From IMG/VR virus record IMGVR_UViG_3300008262_000126, positions 8,321-72,320 of that record: a stretch of DNA of 64,000 nt, one strand, 5' to 3'. Below the pieces are notes generated by a model, which ran no database searches, had not been told where the DNA came from, and was given only the letters and a program-made list of their open reading frames with translations. Shown piece after piece: positions 45,333 through 55,002 of the stretch (positions are counted from its first letter, which is position 1; each line of letters begins with the position of its first letter). The DNA is from a virus. A program made the translations under genes and the position numbers.

Positions 45333-47268
45333 CATCGTAACTACGGTCACCGGTTTAATGGATTCGCTCGCAGCAATTAACATTCAATTGACTCGCAACC
45401 CTCGTCGTCTTTTAGTAGACACCGAGACTACTGGATTAGATCCACGGCAGTCTATGCTGCTGCTTGTACAGATTGCGACCTTTGAAGAGGTGTTCGTGTA
45501 CGACTTTACGCAGCTGCCGGTAGAACTGATTAAGGAGTTCAAGCCGCTTCTGACAGACCCGACAGTTATCAAGGTGTTTCAGAATGCCAGCTTTGACATC
45601 AAAGTCTTCTTTGCTCTGGGTAAGTACATTGTCGATCCGATTCACGACACGCGTGTTGTCGAGGCTCTGCTCACAGCAGGCATAGTGGGCGTACGTAACG
45701 ACTTGGCGAGTATCGCTCAGCGTCGGTTGGGGGTAAGTCTGGATAAGTCTGTGCGTACTCAGTTCACTGACGGTTCTTTCTCAGGCATCAGTGCCGAGCA
45801 GATTGAGTATGCAGCTAAGGACGTCATTGTACTCAAGGACATCTTTACTCAGCAGATTGCAGAAGTTAAGCAGCATTCCCTGCAGCAACCATACCGGCTT
45901 GAATCCAAACTAACAAAGGTTGTTGCGATGATGGAGTACTTTGGCATGCCGTTTAACGCACAGCATCTCAAAGACATGGAGCCTACGTTCGATACGCTAA
46001 TCAAGAATGCCGAACGCATGCTTCAGCGTATGGTAATCGAAGCCGGTGTTGCTGAGGAGATTGTGTTTACCCGCGATGGTTACTCCGCTGTGAACACATC
46101 GTCTACTCAGCAGATGCTGAAGTACTTTCACGCGGTAGAGATGGACCTGGACAATCTAAATGCTCAGACCGTGACCGAGTGGGATTTTAAGAACCGTAAG
46201 AGTGCTAAAAATCACACGGTCAGTACCTCAATGTTTGATGAGGATCTTGTAGAGTCTATTGAGTCTTACGGACGCTACGACAACTACAGGCTTAATTCCT
46301 ATGCGTTTCTTGTAGGGGCTCGCAAGCTTCAGTCAACGTACGTTCGCGGATTACAGGAAATGGAAAACCCTGTAACTGGGCGTATTCACTGTACGTTTAA
46401 TCAGATCGGCGCTGCAACAGGCCGGTTCAGTAGCTCTCGTCCGAACCTGCAGAACTTACCCTCCGATCAGAAGATGAAAGACCTGGGCATTCAGCAGAGC
46501 ATACGACACGCCTTTGCAGTCAAGGGCGAAGGTCGCAGGATGATTATTGCCGACTACTCGACAATTGAACTTGTAATCATTGCTGATGCCAGCGGGGACC
46601 AAGGACTCATCGACAACCTGGACGACCTGCACACGTATGTAGCTAAGCACGTACTCAAGGTAGAGGATATCACAACGCAGAATAAGAAAGAGCACCCGTA
46701 CAAAGTATGGAGAGAAGCGGCAAAGATGGTCAACTACTCAATTGCTTACTCTGTTGGCGGCGACAACCTGGCTAAGCAGATGACGATCAAGCTTGCTCCT
46801 GTGAATGCAAAGTACTCACCGAAGCAAGGAGAAGCAATTATTGAGCAGTGGAAGGCTATGTTCCCAGCTGCTACGCTGTGGCTTAAGAAGAGTGCGCGTT
46901 CTGCTGTTGTTAACGGCTGGGTGGCAGATAGCTATGGTCGTAAGCGTTTCTGGAACAGGGACGACTTCACGATGAAGTGGAAGAAAGAGGCAGCAGAGCG
47001 TGAGGCTTCTAACTTTCCGATTCAAGCCCTGTCTGCTACAATGGTCAAGTTGGCCCTTGTCAAGACATTTGAAAGGTTAGATATGAAAAGGGCTGTAATT
47101 GTCTCGACAGTCCATGATGAGATTATTGTGGAGAGTACTGTCGAGTACGCTGAGCAGGCTCGCCTGATTCTAAAAGAAGCCATGGAGGAATCTGCTCGCG
47201 AGGTTCTACCTAATCTCGGGAGTACGGTAATTGTGGATCCCGCTATATCTATGAAGTACGACAAGTAA
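45322..47268 (+). CDS. polA: Family A DNA polymerase with 3'-5' exonuclease
   Basis: DTETTGL, NASFD, YAAKD, ATGRFSS.RPNLQN, ADYSTIEL, motif B, NFPIQ, VHDE; TTG start behind GGAGG. Confidence 0.93.
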   Translation: MQVNIVTTVTGLMDSLAAINIQLTRNPRRLLVDTETTGLDPRQSMLLLVQIATFEEVFVYDFTQLPVELIKEFKPLLTDPTVIKVFQNASFDIKVFFALGKYIVDPIHDTRVVEALLTAGIVGVRNDLASIAQRRLGVSLDKSVRTQFTDGSFSGISAEQIEYAAKDVIVLKDIFTQQIAEVKQHSLQQPYRLESKLTKVVAMMEYFGMPFNAQHLKDMEPTFDTLIKNAERMLQRMVIEAGVAEEIVFTRDGYSAVNTSSTQQMLKYFHAVEMDLDNLNAQTVTEWDFKNRKSAKNHTVSTSMFDEDLVESIESYGRYDNYRLNSYAFLVGARKLQSTYVRGLQEMENPVTGRIHCTFNQIGAATGRFSSSRPNLQNLPSDQKMKDLGIQQSIRHAFAVKGEGRRMIIADYSTIELVIIADASGDQGLIDNLDDLHTYVAKHVLKVEDITTQNKKEHPYKVWREAAKMVNYSIAYSVGGDNLAKQMTIKLAPVNAKYSPKQGEAIIEQWKAMFPAATLWLKKSARSAVVNGWVADSYGRKRFWNRDDFTMKWKKEAAEREASNFPIQALSATMVKLALVKTFERLDMKRAVIVSTVHDEIIVESTVEYAEQARLILKEAMEESAREVLPNLGSTVIVDPAISMKYDK

Positions 47269-47277
47269 GGAGAATGT

Positions 47278-47526
47278 ATGCCGTTTACGATTGAGATGGA
47301 GATCAACGTTTTTAAAAACCTCGAACCGGATCCTGGGCAGCATTACGCGTGGGTAGCCCACATAATGCAGACGTCCGACTGTGTCGATATCTCTGACGAG
47401 AATGAGCTGTTTTACGGCATGAGTCCTTTGGCTGCTTATCAGAAAGCAGCGGTTGCCTTGGGTGTTCTGTTGAAGTCTCCTACGTTTTACAACCCGCTTA
47501 TCAAGAAGGCATTGAACAATGAGTAA
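47278..47526 (+). CDS. Hypothetical protein
   Basis: AAGGAG SD; 82 aa. Confidence 0.6.
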   Translation: MPFTIEMEINVFKNLEPDPGQHYAWVAHIMQTSDCVDISDENELFYGMSPLAAYQKAAVALGVLLKSPTFYNPLIKKALNNE

Positions 47527-48478
47527 GAAGCTTAACCTGGACGGCATGTCTTTTGGGGACACTCCTCAGAATTACCGTTACTTCCCGTCGTCGATTCGCT
47601 CGCTCAACAGGGCACTGGGTAGTAGCAAAGGCATCAGGGGTGGAACTATCATGCAGTTGCTCGCTGAACCAGGGCATGGCAAGACCACGCTGGCTTTGGA
47701 TTACCTGGCGCAGGCACAGAAGCGTGGCATTAAAGACGTGAGCTTGACCATTGGTAAAACTACGCGGACAATTAATTCTTTATTTGTCGACCTTGAACGC
47801 ACGTTTGACACCGAGTATGCCAAACTGCTTAACGTGGACGTTACAAAGCTGCTGGTATATCGACCCGATTACGCAGAGCAATGCCTGCCTCAGATTGAGT
47901 ACTTTCTCAGTCAGGGAATTCAGGTAGTGATCTTTGATTCAGTTCCCGCAATTGTAACAAAGGATGAGTTTGAAAAAGAGGTAGACGATCCAGCCCGCAT
48001 GGCCGGAGCAGCTAACTTACTCTCGCGCTGGATTGTACGTTTGATCGGTCCTGTAGACAATGCCGACGCACTGTTTATTTTTGTTAATCAGTACCGTGCT
48101 AATCTATCGCCGATGGCCAGATCAGATAAGAAACCATTCGGTCCCCGGTCACTGCGTTACTTTAGCCGCATTATCTTAGACCTAGTTAAAGTTCGCAACG
48201 AGGAGGATAAGTCACACATTCAAGCGACAGTCTCCAAGAATAAACAAGCCGCTGAAGGACGACGCTGTGACTACCTTATGCTTAAGGGAAAGGGATTGGC
48301 GCCTGCTTACGACCTTATGTCACTTGCTCTGGAGTATGATATAATTCATAAGTCAGGGGCGTGGTATGAGTATCAAGGGCAGAAAGCCCAAGGTCTCGAT
48401 AATTGTGTACTGACCTTTGATTTGGAATCCATAGCCAGTCAAGTAGACAAGTGCTTAGAGGAGGAACTCGGTGAGTGA
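47519..48478 (+). CDS. recA: RecA/UvsX-like recombinase
   Basis: AEPGHGKTT, FVDLE, IFDSV, FVNQYR, KNK, SGAWY. Confidence 0.9.
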   Translation: MSKKLNLDGMSFGDTPQNYRYFPSSIRSLNRALGSSKGIRGGTIMQLLAEPGHGKTTLALDYLAQAQKRGIKDVSLTIGKTTRTINSLFVDLERTFDTEYAKLLNVDVTKLLVYRPDYAEQCLPQIEYFLSQGIQVVIFDSVPAIVTKDEFEKEVDDPARMAGAANLLSRWIVRLIGPVDNADALFIFVNQYRANLSPMARSDKKPFGPRSLRYFSRIILDLVKVRNEEDKSHIQATVSKNKQAAEGRRCDYLMLKGKGLAPAYDLMSLALEYDIIHKSGAWYEYQGQKAQGLDNCVLTFDLESIASQVDKCLEEELGE

Positions 48479-48815
48479 TTTAGAAACGTGGGTACAGAAT
48501 TCGCCCGATTACTACGAAGTAACTCAAGCGTATAAAGGCTACGGTCGTTTGAAACAGATGATTATCCTTAAAGAACGTGACATTGAACGCGTTGAACAGC
48601 AGATCGCTGTCGAGGAAGATAAGCCACGCAGCAATGTAGCTCGGTCTCGGAAAATTCAGGAGACTTCGACGCTGCTCGATGAACTTGCAGAACTTAAAGC
48701 TCAGTTTGCTGAGCACGAAGCCTACGTTAAATCGCTAGAGTATCACAAATCTATGTTTGCGAGTGCCGCATACACCATAAAGATGCGGTTTGACGCACCG
48801 ATGGGGAACGAGTAA
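48471..48815 (+). CDS. Coiled-coil protein, possibly a UvsY-like recombination mediator
   Basis: All-helical 114-aa ORF directly after recA; function inferred from context. Confidence 0.4.
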   Translation: MSDLETWVQNSPDYYEVTQAYKGYGRLKQMIILKERDIERVEQQIAVEEDKPRSNVARSRKIQETSTLLDELAELKAQFAEHEAYVKSLEYHKSMFASAAYTIKMRFDAPMGNE

Positions 48816-49567
48816 TGAATAGTCTCCCTGAATTTAGTGCTTCGCGCTTTAACCTGTACAAGACTTGTCCAAGACTGTACAAGATGCAGTACAAGGAAGG
48901 TCTCGAGGGAAACAAGCACGTCTACACAGTGATGGGTTCTGCCCTGCACTACGCCATTGAGTCTTACTACGGCGGCAAGACAAACGCAATTCCCCTTTTC
49001 TCTTCTTACTTTAACGAGGCGATTGCTTCGGCAGTCGGGAGCGAGCGGGGTCTTGTAGCTTCTAATCTTATCGGTAAGGCTTCTCAACTCGGGCAGTCGA
49101 TTCTCCGTGAGATGAACTGGGATCAGTTTAATCCGACTCACCTTGAGTACGGGTTTAAGTTGCCGTTTCCCACAGAAAACCCGCTTGTTCTTATGCGTGG
49201 TTTTATTGACATGATCACTGACGACGGTTGTATTATTGACCACAAGAGTGGTAGTAAAAAACCAACTGCTAACGAATTAGCAAACAACCCGCAGTTGCTT
49301 ATTTACGTATGGGCTTATGAGCGCTTGTTTGGACACAAACCAAAGGCAGTTTACTGGCATCATTTGCGAACGCTTGAACTAGTGGAGGCAAAGGTGATGG
49401 TCGACTATGACGAGAAATTAAAGAAACTGGAGGAAACGCTAGTGCACATAATGAATGATACTGAGTTTGAACGAATCCCTCAAGGGTATTTCTGTAATCG
49501 TATCTGTGCTCATGTTGAGCTGTGCTGGCCGTCAACGAATTATGAAGAGTCGCCTTTTACTACGTGA
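48815..49567 (+). CDS. Cas4/RecB-like PD-(D/E)XK exonuclease
   Basis: SASR...CPR, GSALH, GFID, IIDHKS, QLLIY, C-terminal C..IC.....C. Confidence 0.88.
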   Translation: MNSLPEFSASRFNLYKTCPRLYKMQYKEGLEGNKHVYTVMGSALHYAIESYYGGKTNAIPLFSSYFNEAIASAVGSERGLVASNLIGKASQLGQSILREMNWDQFNPTHLEYGFKLPFPTENPLVLMRGFIDMITDDGCIIDHKSGSKKPTANELANNPQLLIYVWAYERLFGHKPKAVYWHHLRTLELVEAKVMVDYDEKLKKLEETLVHIMNDTEFERIPQGYFCNRICAHVELCWPSTNYEESPFTT

Positions 49568-49922
49568 GGTTTTTCGAGACTGGTTTGCAAACCGGTTAAG
49601 CGACGAAGACCGAATTAATATCGAGATGGTGGTTGCCGCAAACAGTCACTTTCTCACAGACAACCACCCACTAACACTGAAGATACTGAGCGATTGGTCT
49701 TCGGGTTACCTACTCCACGAGATCGCTCACAGGCATAATCTGCACGTTGGTGTAACCAGGGACATACTTAAGTTCGCTTTTGAACTGCTAGGACGCAAAC
49801 TTGACATAGACGATGGTAGTGTTCTACGAGAAGTACCCGCTCAGTTACATATAACGGCGCGCAATGTATTCAACGCTTACTATGATACGTTTACAGAACT
49901 TCCAGAGAGAGATCTGGAGTAA
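49542..49922 (+). CDS. Hypothetical protein (possible HTH)
   Basis: GYLLHEIAHRHNL resembles an HTH; start uncertain. Confidence 0.45.
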   Translation: MKSRLLLREVFRDWFANRLSDEDRINIEMVVAANSHFLTDNHPLTLKILSDWSSGYLLHEIAHRHNLHVGVTRDILKFAFELLGRKLDIDDGSVLREVPAQLHITARNVFNAYYDTFTELPERDLE

Positions 49923-49932
49923 CTAAGGAGTA

Positions 49933-50952
49933 ATGATGAAGGGTATTTATTACAGTAACGGCAGCTACGGCATTCGATGGTGGGACAAAGAGCAGAAGAA
50001 GATGGTACACGGCGGTCGCTACCCCACACAGCAAGAAGCTGCCGATGCTCTAACCAAGCGCACAAGTGCCGAGGACGTTCCCCTTATTAAAGGTCCCGAT
50101 GTCTTTAAGTACGACGCTAATGTTGCCGATCGTATGTGGGAGATGGCTGCTGAGGTGTACGAAAAGAATAAGAAAGACCAGGTTGCTAAAAAGAGTCAGT
50201 CAATTCACCTCGGCAACAAGCCGACAGGGATTGCTTTTCTATCCGACTTGCATCTAGGTAACTCTGGAACTGACTACGGCGCCATCTTCAAGGACACAAA
50301 GCTGGTCGCGGACACCCCAGGAATGTATGCGGCCTTTCACGGCGACGGTATCGACAATTGGATTACGCCTAAACTGCAATCACTGCAGCGCAACCAGGCG
50401 GTAAGTTTCCAGACTGAGCTGATGTTGTTTCGTCGCTGGCTTGAACTTATTCAAGAGAAGCTGCTGTTAGTTGTCAGTGGTAACCATGACAACTGGACCA
50501 GCAAGATTTCAGGCGTCGATATCATCCCAAGTCTGCTTGAGAGTACGACAATTCTGTACGATCCTAATGAAATTTACGTAGACATATCGTGCGGATCCTA
50601 CTCTTGGAATGTCTTGATTCGTCACAAGTGGAAGTACAGCAGTATCTTTAACCCAACCCACGGTATCGAAGTCGGCTTTGATCGATTGTCACGACCTTTC
50701 GATATCGGTATTGGGGGTCATACACACATCGGTACTCTGTTCCGCCCTTTTTACCGACACGGAGAAGAGCGGTTGGCGCTGCTGACTGGGGCGTACAAGC
50801 GTATCGATTCCTTCTCAAAGGAAATTGGCTATGCAGAGACGGCAAACAACGGGTGTGGCGCTATTATCTTTATGCCAGATGGCAAGATGTGGTATAATTC
50901 TGACTTAGAGGTAGCATGTAACTACCTTACGTACTTACGAGGAGAGCGCTAA
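49933..50952 (+). CDS. Calcineurin-like metallophosphoesterase with N-terminal AP2-like domain
   Basis: SDLHLG, GDGID, GNHD, IRH, GHTH; N-terminal KGIYY...GRYPTQQEAA. Confidence 0.85.
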   Translation: MMKGIYYSNGSYGIRWWDKEQKKMVHGGRYPTQQEAADALTKRTSAEDVPLIKGPDVFKYDANVADRMWEMAAEVYEKNKKDQVAKKSQSIHLGNKPTGIAFLSDLHLGNSGTDYGAIFKDTKLVADTPGMYAAFHGDGIDNWITPKLQSLQRNQAVSFQTELMLFRRWLELIQEKLLLVVSGNHDNWTSKISGVDIIPSLLESTTILYDPNEIYVDISCGSYSWNVLIRHKWKYSSIFNPTHGIEVGFDRLSRPFDIGIGGHTHIGTLFRPFYRHGEERLALLTGAYKRIDSFSKEIGYAETANNGCGAIIFMPDGKMWYNSDLEVACNYLTYLRGER

Positions 50953-51143
50953 TGGACACTTGTTCTGTATGTCATGAGTATTTAGACCAGTGCATCTGCG
51001 ACGATTACACGGTGTCCAGGCGTGATTCTTTCCATGTTCCGGATCGATCTGAGCAAGAGAGAGAGCGACGCAAGCTTGAAGAATTTGAGATACTGAAGCG
51101 ACATCATTATGGGCAGGTGGATCATGAACGCAAACATTCCTAA
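50952..51143 (+). CDS. Small Cys-rich hypothetical protein
   Basis: CSVC...CIC; GGAG SD. Confidence 0.5.
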   Translation: MDTCSVCHEYLDQCICDDYTVSRRDSFHVPDRSEQERERRKLEEFEILKRHHYGQVDHERKHS

Positions 51144-51327
51144 ACTTATTCAAGCCGAGCTTAAGCAGGCTAAAGCTACTCCCGAGGAGCTGGCTGACTT
51201 TATGGGGGTGTCCATTGAAAGACTGGAACAGATTCTTAAAGGATTGCACAAGCCTTCTGTTTCTGAAGGTATTGCGATTGCTCAATTTTTTGACCTTGAA
51301 CCTATGCTATTTTTAGGAGGTAAGTGA
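51124..51327 (+). CDS. XRE-family HTH protein
   Basis: TPEELADFMGVSIERLEQILKG..KPS. Confidence 0.75.
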   Translation: MNANIPKLIQAELKQAKATPEELADFMGVSIERLEQILKGLHKPSVSEGIAIAQFFDLEPMLFLGGK

Positions 51328-52013
51328 TGTCAGTGCTAGGAACAGCGGAGATTATTGCGATTACGAAGCCGACTGGTAAACTTATAGATCTCACAGTGGC
51401 CGAATTTTTAGCGTATACCGCTCGGGTATCTAACCCGTCGAACCAAGAGAACCATGCAACAGCTACCAAACTGTTACGGTATCTGGTTAAGCACAGTCAT
51501 TGGTCACCGTTTGAGATGGTTAATGTGGTCATGGAAATTAACACAACTCGCGATGTTGCTCGTCAGATCTTGCGCCACCGCAGCTTTTCTTTTCAAGAGT
51601 TTAGTCAGCGTTATGCGAATCCTTTAGACGACTTGGGTATGATTACTCGAGACTTGCGGCTACAGGACACAAAGAATCGCCAGAGCAGCTTGCACACAGA
51701 CGATCAGGATTTACATGACGCTTGGGAAGCTAAGCAGCTGGCTCTCCAGGTTGAAGTAGCACGCACTTACAACTGGGCAATTCAGAACGGTGTTGCCAAA
51801 GAAGTTGCCCGCAGTATAATTCCCGAGGGCCTTGTCAACTCTCGGATGTATGTGAACGGGACACTACGCTCTTGGCTACACTACTGTGCTGTTCGTTGTA
51901 AGTTGGACACACAAGAAGAGCACCGAGTGGTTGCTCAGCAAGCTTGGGAGTTGATTCAGGGCGAGTTTCAGGCTCTTCGCGAAATTTCACTGTTGGAGGA
52001 TAAGGATGTTTGA
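51324..52013 (+). CDS. thyX: Flavin-dependent thymidylate synthase
   Basis: HWSPFE, RQILRHRSFSFQEFSQRY, LRSWLHY, QEEHR. Confidence 0.96.
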   Translation: MMSVLGTAEIIAITKPTGKLIDLTVAEFLAYTARVSNPSNQENHATATKLLRYLVKHSHWSPFEMVNVVMEINTTRDVARQILRHRSFSFQEFSQRYANPLDDLGMITRDLRLQDTKNRQSSLHTDDQDLHDAWEAKQLALQVEVARTYNWAIQNGVAKEVARSIIPEGLVNSRMYVNGTLRSWLHYCAVRCKLDTQEEHRVVAQQAWELIQGEFQALREISLLEDKDV

Positions 52014-52465
52014 TGATAAGGATGTTTGATCCCGAGCTACTTAAGAAAGCCGCAGAGGCTCGAATTAGATTGGAGGAGGCGCAGGGTAAGATTCGTAACG
52101 AAGTTACTGACTCTGACTGGGTACCGCTTCTGAAGACAACCGGCTATATGCCAAAGAATGAGCACTTGATTCCAGAGCAGACGAGAGAATTCCAGTCTAT
52201 TTTGGATAGCTTGCTCGAGATGCACAAGAGAAAGACCGCCGACTACTCATCATGGAACATCAAGGGGGCAGGTGAGCAGGGAGTAGCCGTTCGCTTGTGG
52301 GATAAGACAGCCCGTCTTATGAATCTGATGGGGTGGGATATCGGTACTGGTAAGTGGTCGCAACCCAAAGAACCAAAGAACGAGTCAGTCGATGACACTC
52401 TTATGGATCTGGCCAGCTACGCAATTATTATGATAATACTACGACGAGGAAAGTGGGGTAAGTAA
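52010..52465 (+). CDS. Nucleotide-modification-associated domain (DUF1599/Nmad1-like) protein
   Basis: KRKTADY...GVAVRLWDKTARL...ESVDDTLMDLASYAII. Confidence 0.75.
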   Translation: MMIRMFDPELLKKAAEARIRLEEAQGKIRNEVTDSDWVPLLKTTGYMPKNEHLIPEQTREFQSILDSLLEMHKRKTADYSSWNIKGAGEQGVAVRLWDKTARLMNLMGWDIGTGKWSQPKEPKNESVDDTLMDLASYAIIMIILRRGKWGK

Positions 52466-52466
52466 A

Positions 52467-52712
52467 ATGAGTGAACTAAACGAATTGAGTTACAATTCAG
52501 CCGAAGATCCGCTGAGTCCTGTGGGTAAAGACTGTACTATCTGTAGCACCGAGTACGAAGATGAGGATTGGGGAATGATGGGGTGGATCGGTATCTTGCC
52601 GCTCTCTCTGTGCCCTAACTGCTCGTCAGGCATATTTCACATGGTTCTGTCTACAACTTCTCCCGAGGACTTGGAAGAGGCTGCCGCAATTCAACGCATG
52701 GAAGCGGAATAA
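52467..52712 (+). CDS. Small Zn-finger hypothetical protein
   Basis: CTIC...CPNC. Confidence 0.55.
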   Translation: MSELNELSYNSAEDPLSPVGKDCTICSTEYEDEDWGMMGWIGILPLSLCPNCSSGIFHMVLSTTSPEDLEEAAAIQRMEAE

Positions 52713-52757
52713 TAAGGTCAACCAGTACCAGTGGTTAACCCCCACTGGTACACACAT

Positions 52758-52833
52758 GCCGGCGTAGCTCAGCGGATAGAGCATCTGCCTTCTAAGCAGG
52801 TTGTCGGGGGTTCGATTCCCTCCGTCGGTACCA
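52758..52833 (+). tRNA. tRNA-Arg (anticodon TCT)
   Basis: GCCGGCG/CGTCGGT acceptor stem, TAGCTCAG D-arm, loop CT-TCT-AA, GGTTCGATTCC, encoded CCA. Confidence 0.96.
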
Positions 52834-52870
52834 AGCTACAGCAGTAGCAATAAACAACAGGAGTTATGGA

Positions 52871-53464
52871 ATGAAACCAAGATTTACAATAGTTGCAACT
52901 GACTACGACCAGTGGGTTTCTAGAGAGGGAGCGTACAGAGGTTTGAAAAGTCTCGCTGATCAAACATTTAAAAATTTTGAAGTTATCCTTCTGCACGACG
53001 GTCCACGAACACTAGATGTTTCTTCTGACTTACACCTAGATGAATTAAATTTGAACATTACCTGCATCAGCACGCACCAACGGTTTAACATGTGGGGCCA
53101 CCCGCAGCGTCATTTAGGGGTTCAGATGGCAAAAGGCGACTACATAATTCACTTTAACTGTGACAATTATTTAGAACCTTTCGCTTTAGAACTGCTAGAT
53201 AAAACTATTACAGAGCAGAATGAAATAGACGCAGTCGTTTTCTCAATTCGTTGGAACGGGCAGTATTTTAAGGGCGTGCCTGTGCATACCGGAAACATTG
53301 ACTGTCTTCAGATGTGCGCTTCGAGCAAAGTATGGCGAGAAATTGGCGGATGGTATCGTTACGATGGGTGCAGCGATGGATTTATTTATGAAAACATCGC
53401 AACCAATTATCCGTTTTATCATTTAGACACAATCCTGGGTGATAACTATATCTCGATAAAGTAG
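52871..53464 (+). CDS. GT-A (GT2-like) glycosyltransferase
   Basis: SLADQTFKNFEVILLHDG, AKGDYIIHFNCDN, IGGW...SDG. Confidence 0.85.
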   Translation: MKPRFTIVATDYDQWVSREGAYRGLKSLADQTFKNFEVILLHDGPRTLDVSSDLHLDELNLNITCISTHQRFNMWGHPQRHLGVQMAKGDYIIHFNCDNYLEPFALELLDKTITEQNEIDAVVFSIRWNGQYFKGVPVHTGNIDCLQMCASSKVWREIGGWYRYDGCSDGFIYENIATNYPFYHLDTILGDNYISIK

Positions 53465-53511
53465 ACAAGCCTGTAACGAACATCACCATTTAGGAAATAA
53501 AAGGAGTAGGT

Positions 53512-54207
53512 ATGAAACAAAATAATCAAATGAAATTCAATCGAATTGTCGTAGAGTCAACATATTCGCGTACAGATCTTTGTGACTTGGGTGCTCACCA
53601 TGTTACAGATAAATCCCCTTATTGCGAAGCAGCAGCCAGTCACGTAAAACATCCGTACACACCTGTGTACGATTTTCTCTTTTCAACGTTTCGCGACAAG
53701 GCAATTAATATTGGCGAGATCGGAATTGACGCGAATGCATCTATGCGCTGCTGGCGAGAATACTTTAAAAAAGCGTCTATTTGGGGATGGGAATACGATG
53801 CAGAAAAGATTAAGCGAGCCGAGCAAGATAATTTAGAGAACACTACGTATCTACACATGGATGTGCGTGATGGCGTATCTATTCGGGAAGGACTTAGCAA
53901 ACCAAACGTTCTGTTTGACATTATTATTGAAGACTCGTCACACCGCGTGGAGGATCAAATCCGAATAACTCAGCAAGTTCACCAGTTTATTTCACCTGGC
54001 GGTTATTTTATAATTGAAGATGTGGATAAGAAACACGATTTAGCAGGATATTATGAAGCTTTTGCTGATGTCTTAAAGTACTACACAAGTGTAACTGTAG
54101 TAGATGCAGATCACGAAAACAAAGTACGGGGAAATGGCACGTTTGATACACCTTATGACGACAATCGACTGATTGTGATGGTAAGAAACAGTCAACCGGC
54201 TGAATAA
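53512..54207 (+). CDS. Class I SAM-dependent methyltransferase-like protein
   Basis: TDK...HPYTPVY, EIGI, FDIIIEDSSH, PGGYFIIEDV; resembles sugar O-methyltransferases. Confidence 0.75.
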   Translation: MKQNNQMKFNRIVVESTYSRTDLCDLGAHHVTDKSPYCEAAASHVKHPYTPVYDFLFSTFRDKAINIGEIGIDANASMRCWREYFKKASIWGWEYDAEKIKRAEQDNLENTTYLHMDVRDGVSIREGLSKPNVLFDIIIEDSSHRVEDQIRITQQVHQFISPGGYFIIEDVDKKHDLAGYYEAFADVLKYYTSVTVVDADHENKVRGNGTFDTPYDDNRLIVMVRNSQPAE

Positions 54208-54283
54208 GCAATTAACTTATAATTTGGTGTATAATGAATACCAGCGGGGTAATAAGGCTCCGCTGGTACTTATGAGGTAAGCT

Positions 54284-54490
54284 ATGAGCAGCATGCGAGA
54301 ACATCTGGGCAGTCAGGCAAGCACGGTTATGCGTCAGTACGCTGACCATCTACTCTACGACGGGAATCTTACTGAGGTCGACCTCGAGAGTCTGGACGAG
54401 GCGTTGGAGGCAGCGAAGCAGGTCATTGAAGCTATCGAAGCAATCAAGACAGTTTTTGCATCTGCAAAGACAAAGGAAGTGACAAAATGA
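54284..54490 (+). CDS. Hypothetical protein
   Basis: GAGG SD; preceded by TATAAT (54230-54235) and a hairpin. Confidence 0.55.
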   Translation: MSSMREHLGSQASTVMRQYADHLLYDGNLTEVDLESLDEALEAAKQVIEAIEAIKTVFASAKTKEVTK

Positions 54491-54684
54491 TAAATGGATA
54501 CAGCGACGAGAAAGTTATTGCGGATCTGCAAAAAGATCTTAAAGAGCTGCAAAACATGTCTCGAGTGTTTGAGCCGCGAGGAGTCACTATCTGGTGGGAC
54601 CTCCAAAGTGATCTGAAGGCAATTGAAAAAGTCATTAAAGACCTGCGTCGTGAGATAAACTCACAAAACAATCCGGGCCAATAG
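54487..54684 (+). CDS. Hypothetical protein
   Basis: ATGA-coupled; the last codons overlap the 5' end of the tRNA. Confidence 0.5.
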   Translation: MINGYSDEKVIADLQKDLKELQNMSRVFEPRGVTIWWDLQSDLKAIEKVIKDLRREINSQNNPGQ

Positions 54685-54750
54685 CTCAAAGGTCAGAGCA
54701 GATCGCTCATAACGATTTGGTTGCAGGTTCGAATCCTGCTTGGCCCACCA
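54675..54750 (+). tRNA. tRNA with CAT anticodon, probably Ile2 (lysidine, reads AUA)
   Basis: GGGCCAA/TTGGCCC acceptor stem, loop CT-CAT-AA, CCA end. Lacks initiator features and resembles bacterial Ile2 more than elongator Met. Confidence 0.9.
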
Positions 54751-54786
54751 ATTAACTAGCACAGCGAAGGAGGGGTAGTAAAAAAT

Positions 54787-55002
54787 ATGAGCTGGAAGAA
54801 ACGAGACCGGAAAATTGTAACATGGTCTTACACCTTCTACGGCTGCGTGTTTTGTAAAAATGAAGACTTAGTTAAAGTCAACATTTACGAAGTTATCTAC
54901 AACTACTACAACTGTCACAGGAATAATAGACGAGGGAGCATTCGTGATAAAGCCGATTACATAGCTCAGCAACGGCACCGGAAAGATCATAAACAAAACT
55001 AG
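54787..55002 (+). CDS. Hypothetical protein between tRNAs
   Basis: GGAGG upstream; CVFC motif. Confidence 0.45.
   Translation: MSWKKRDRKIVTWSYTFYGCVFCKNEDLVKVNIYEVIYNYYNCHRNNRRGSIRDKADYIAQQRHRKDHKQN

Noticed and set aside
54675-54750. CAT tRNA as initiator Met
   Set aside because: The 1:72 position is paired and the anticodon stem lacks the three consecutive G-C pairs.
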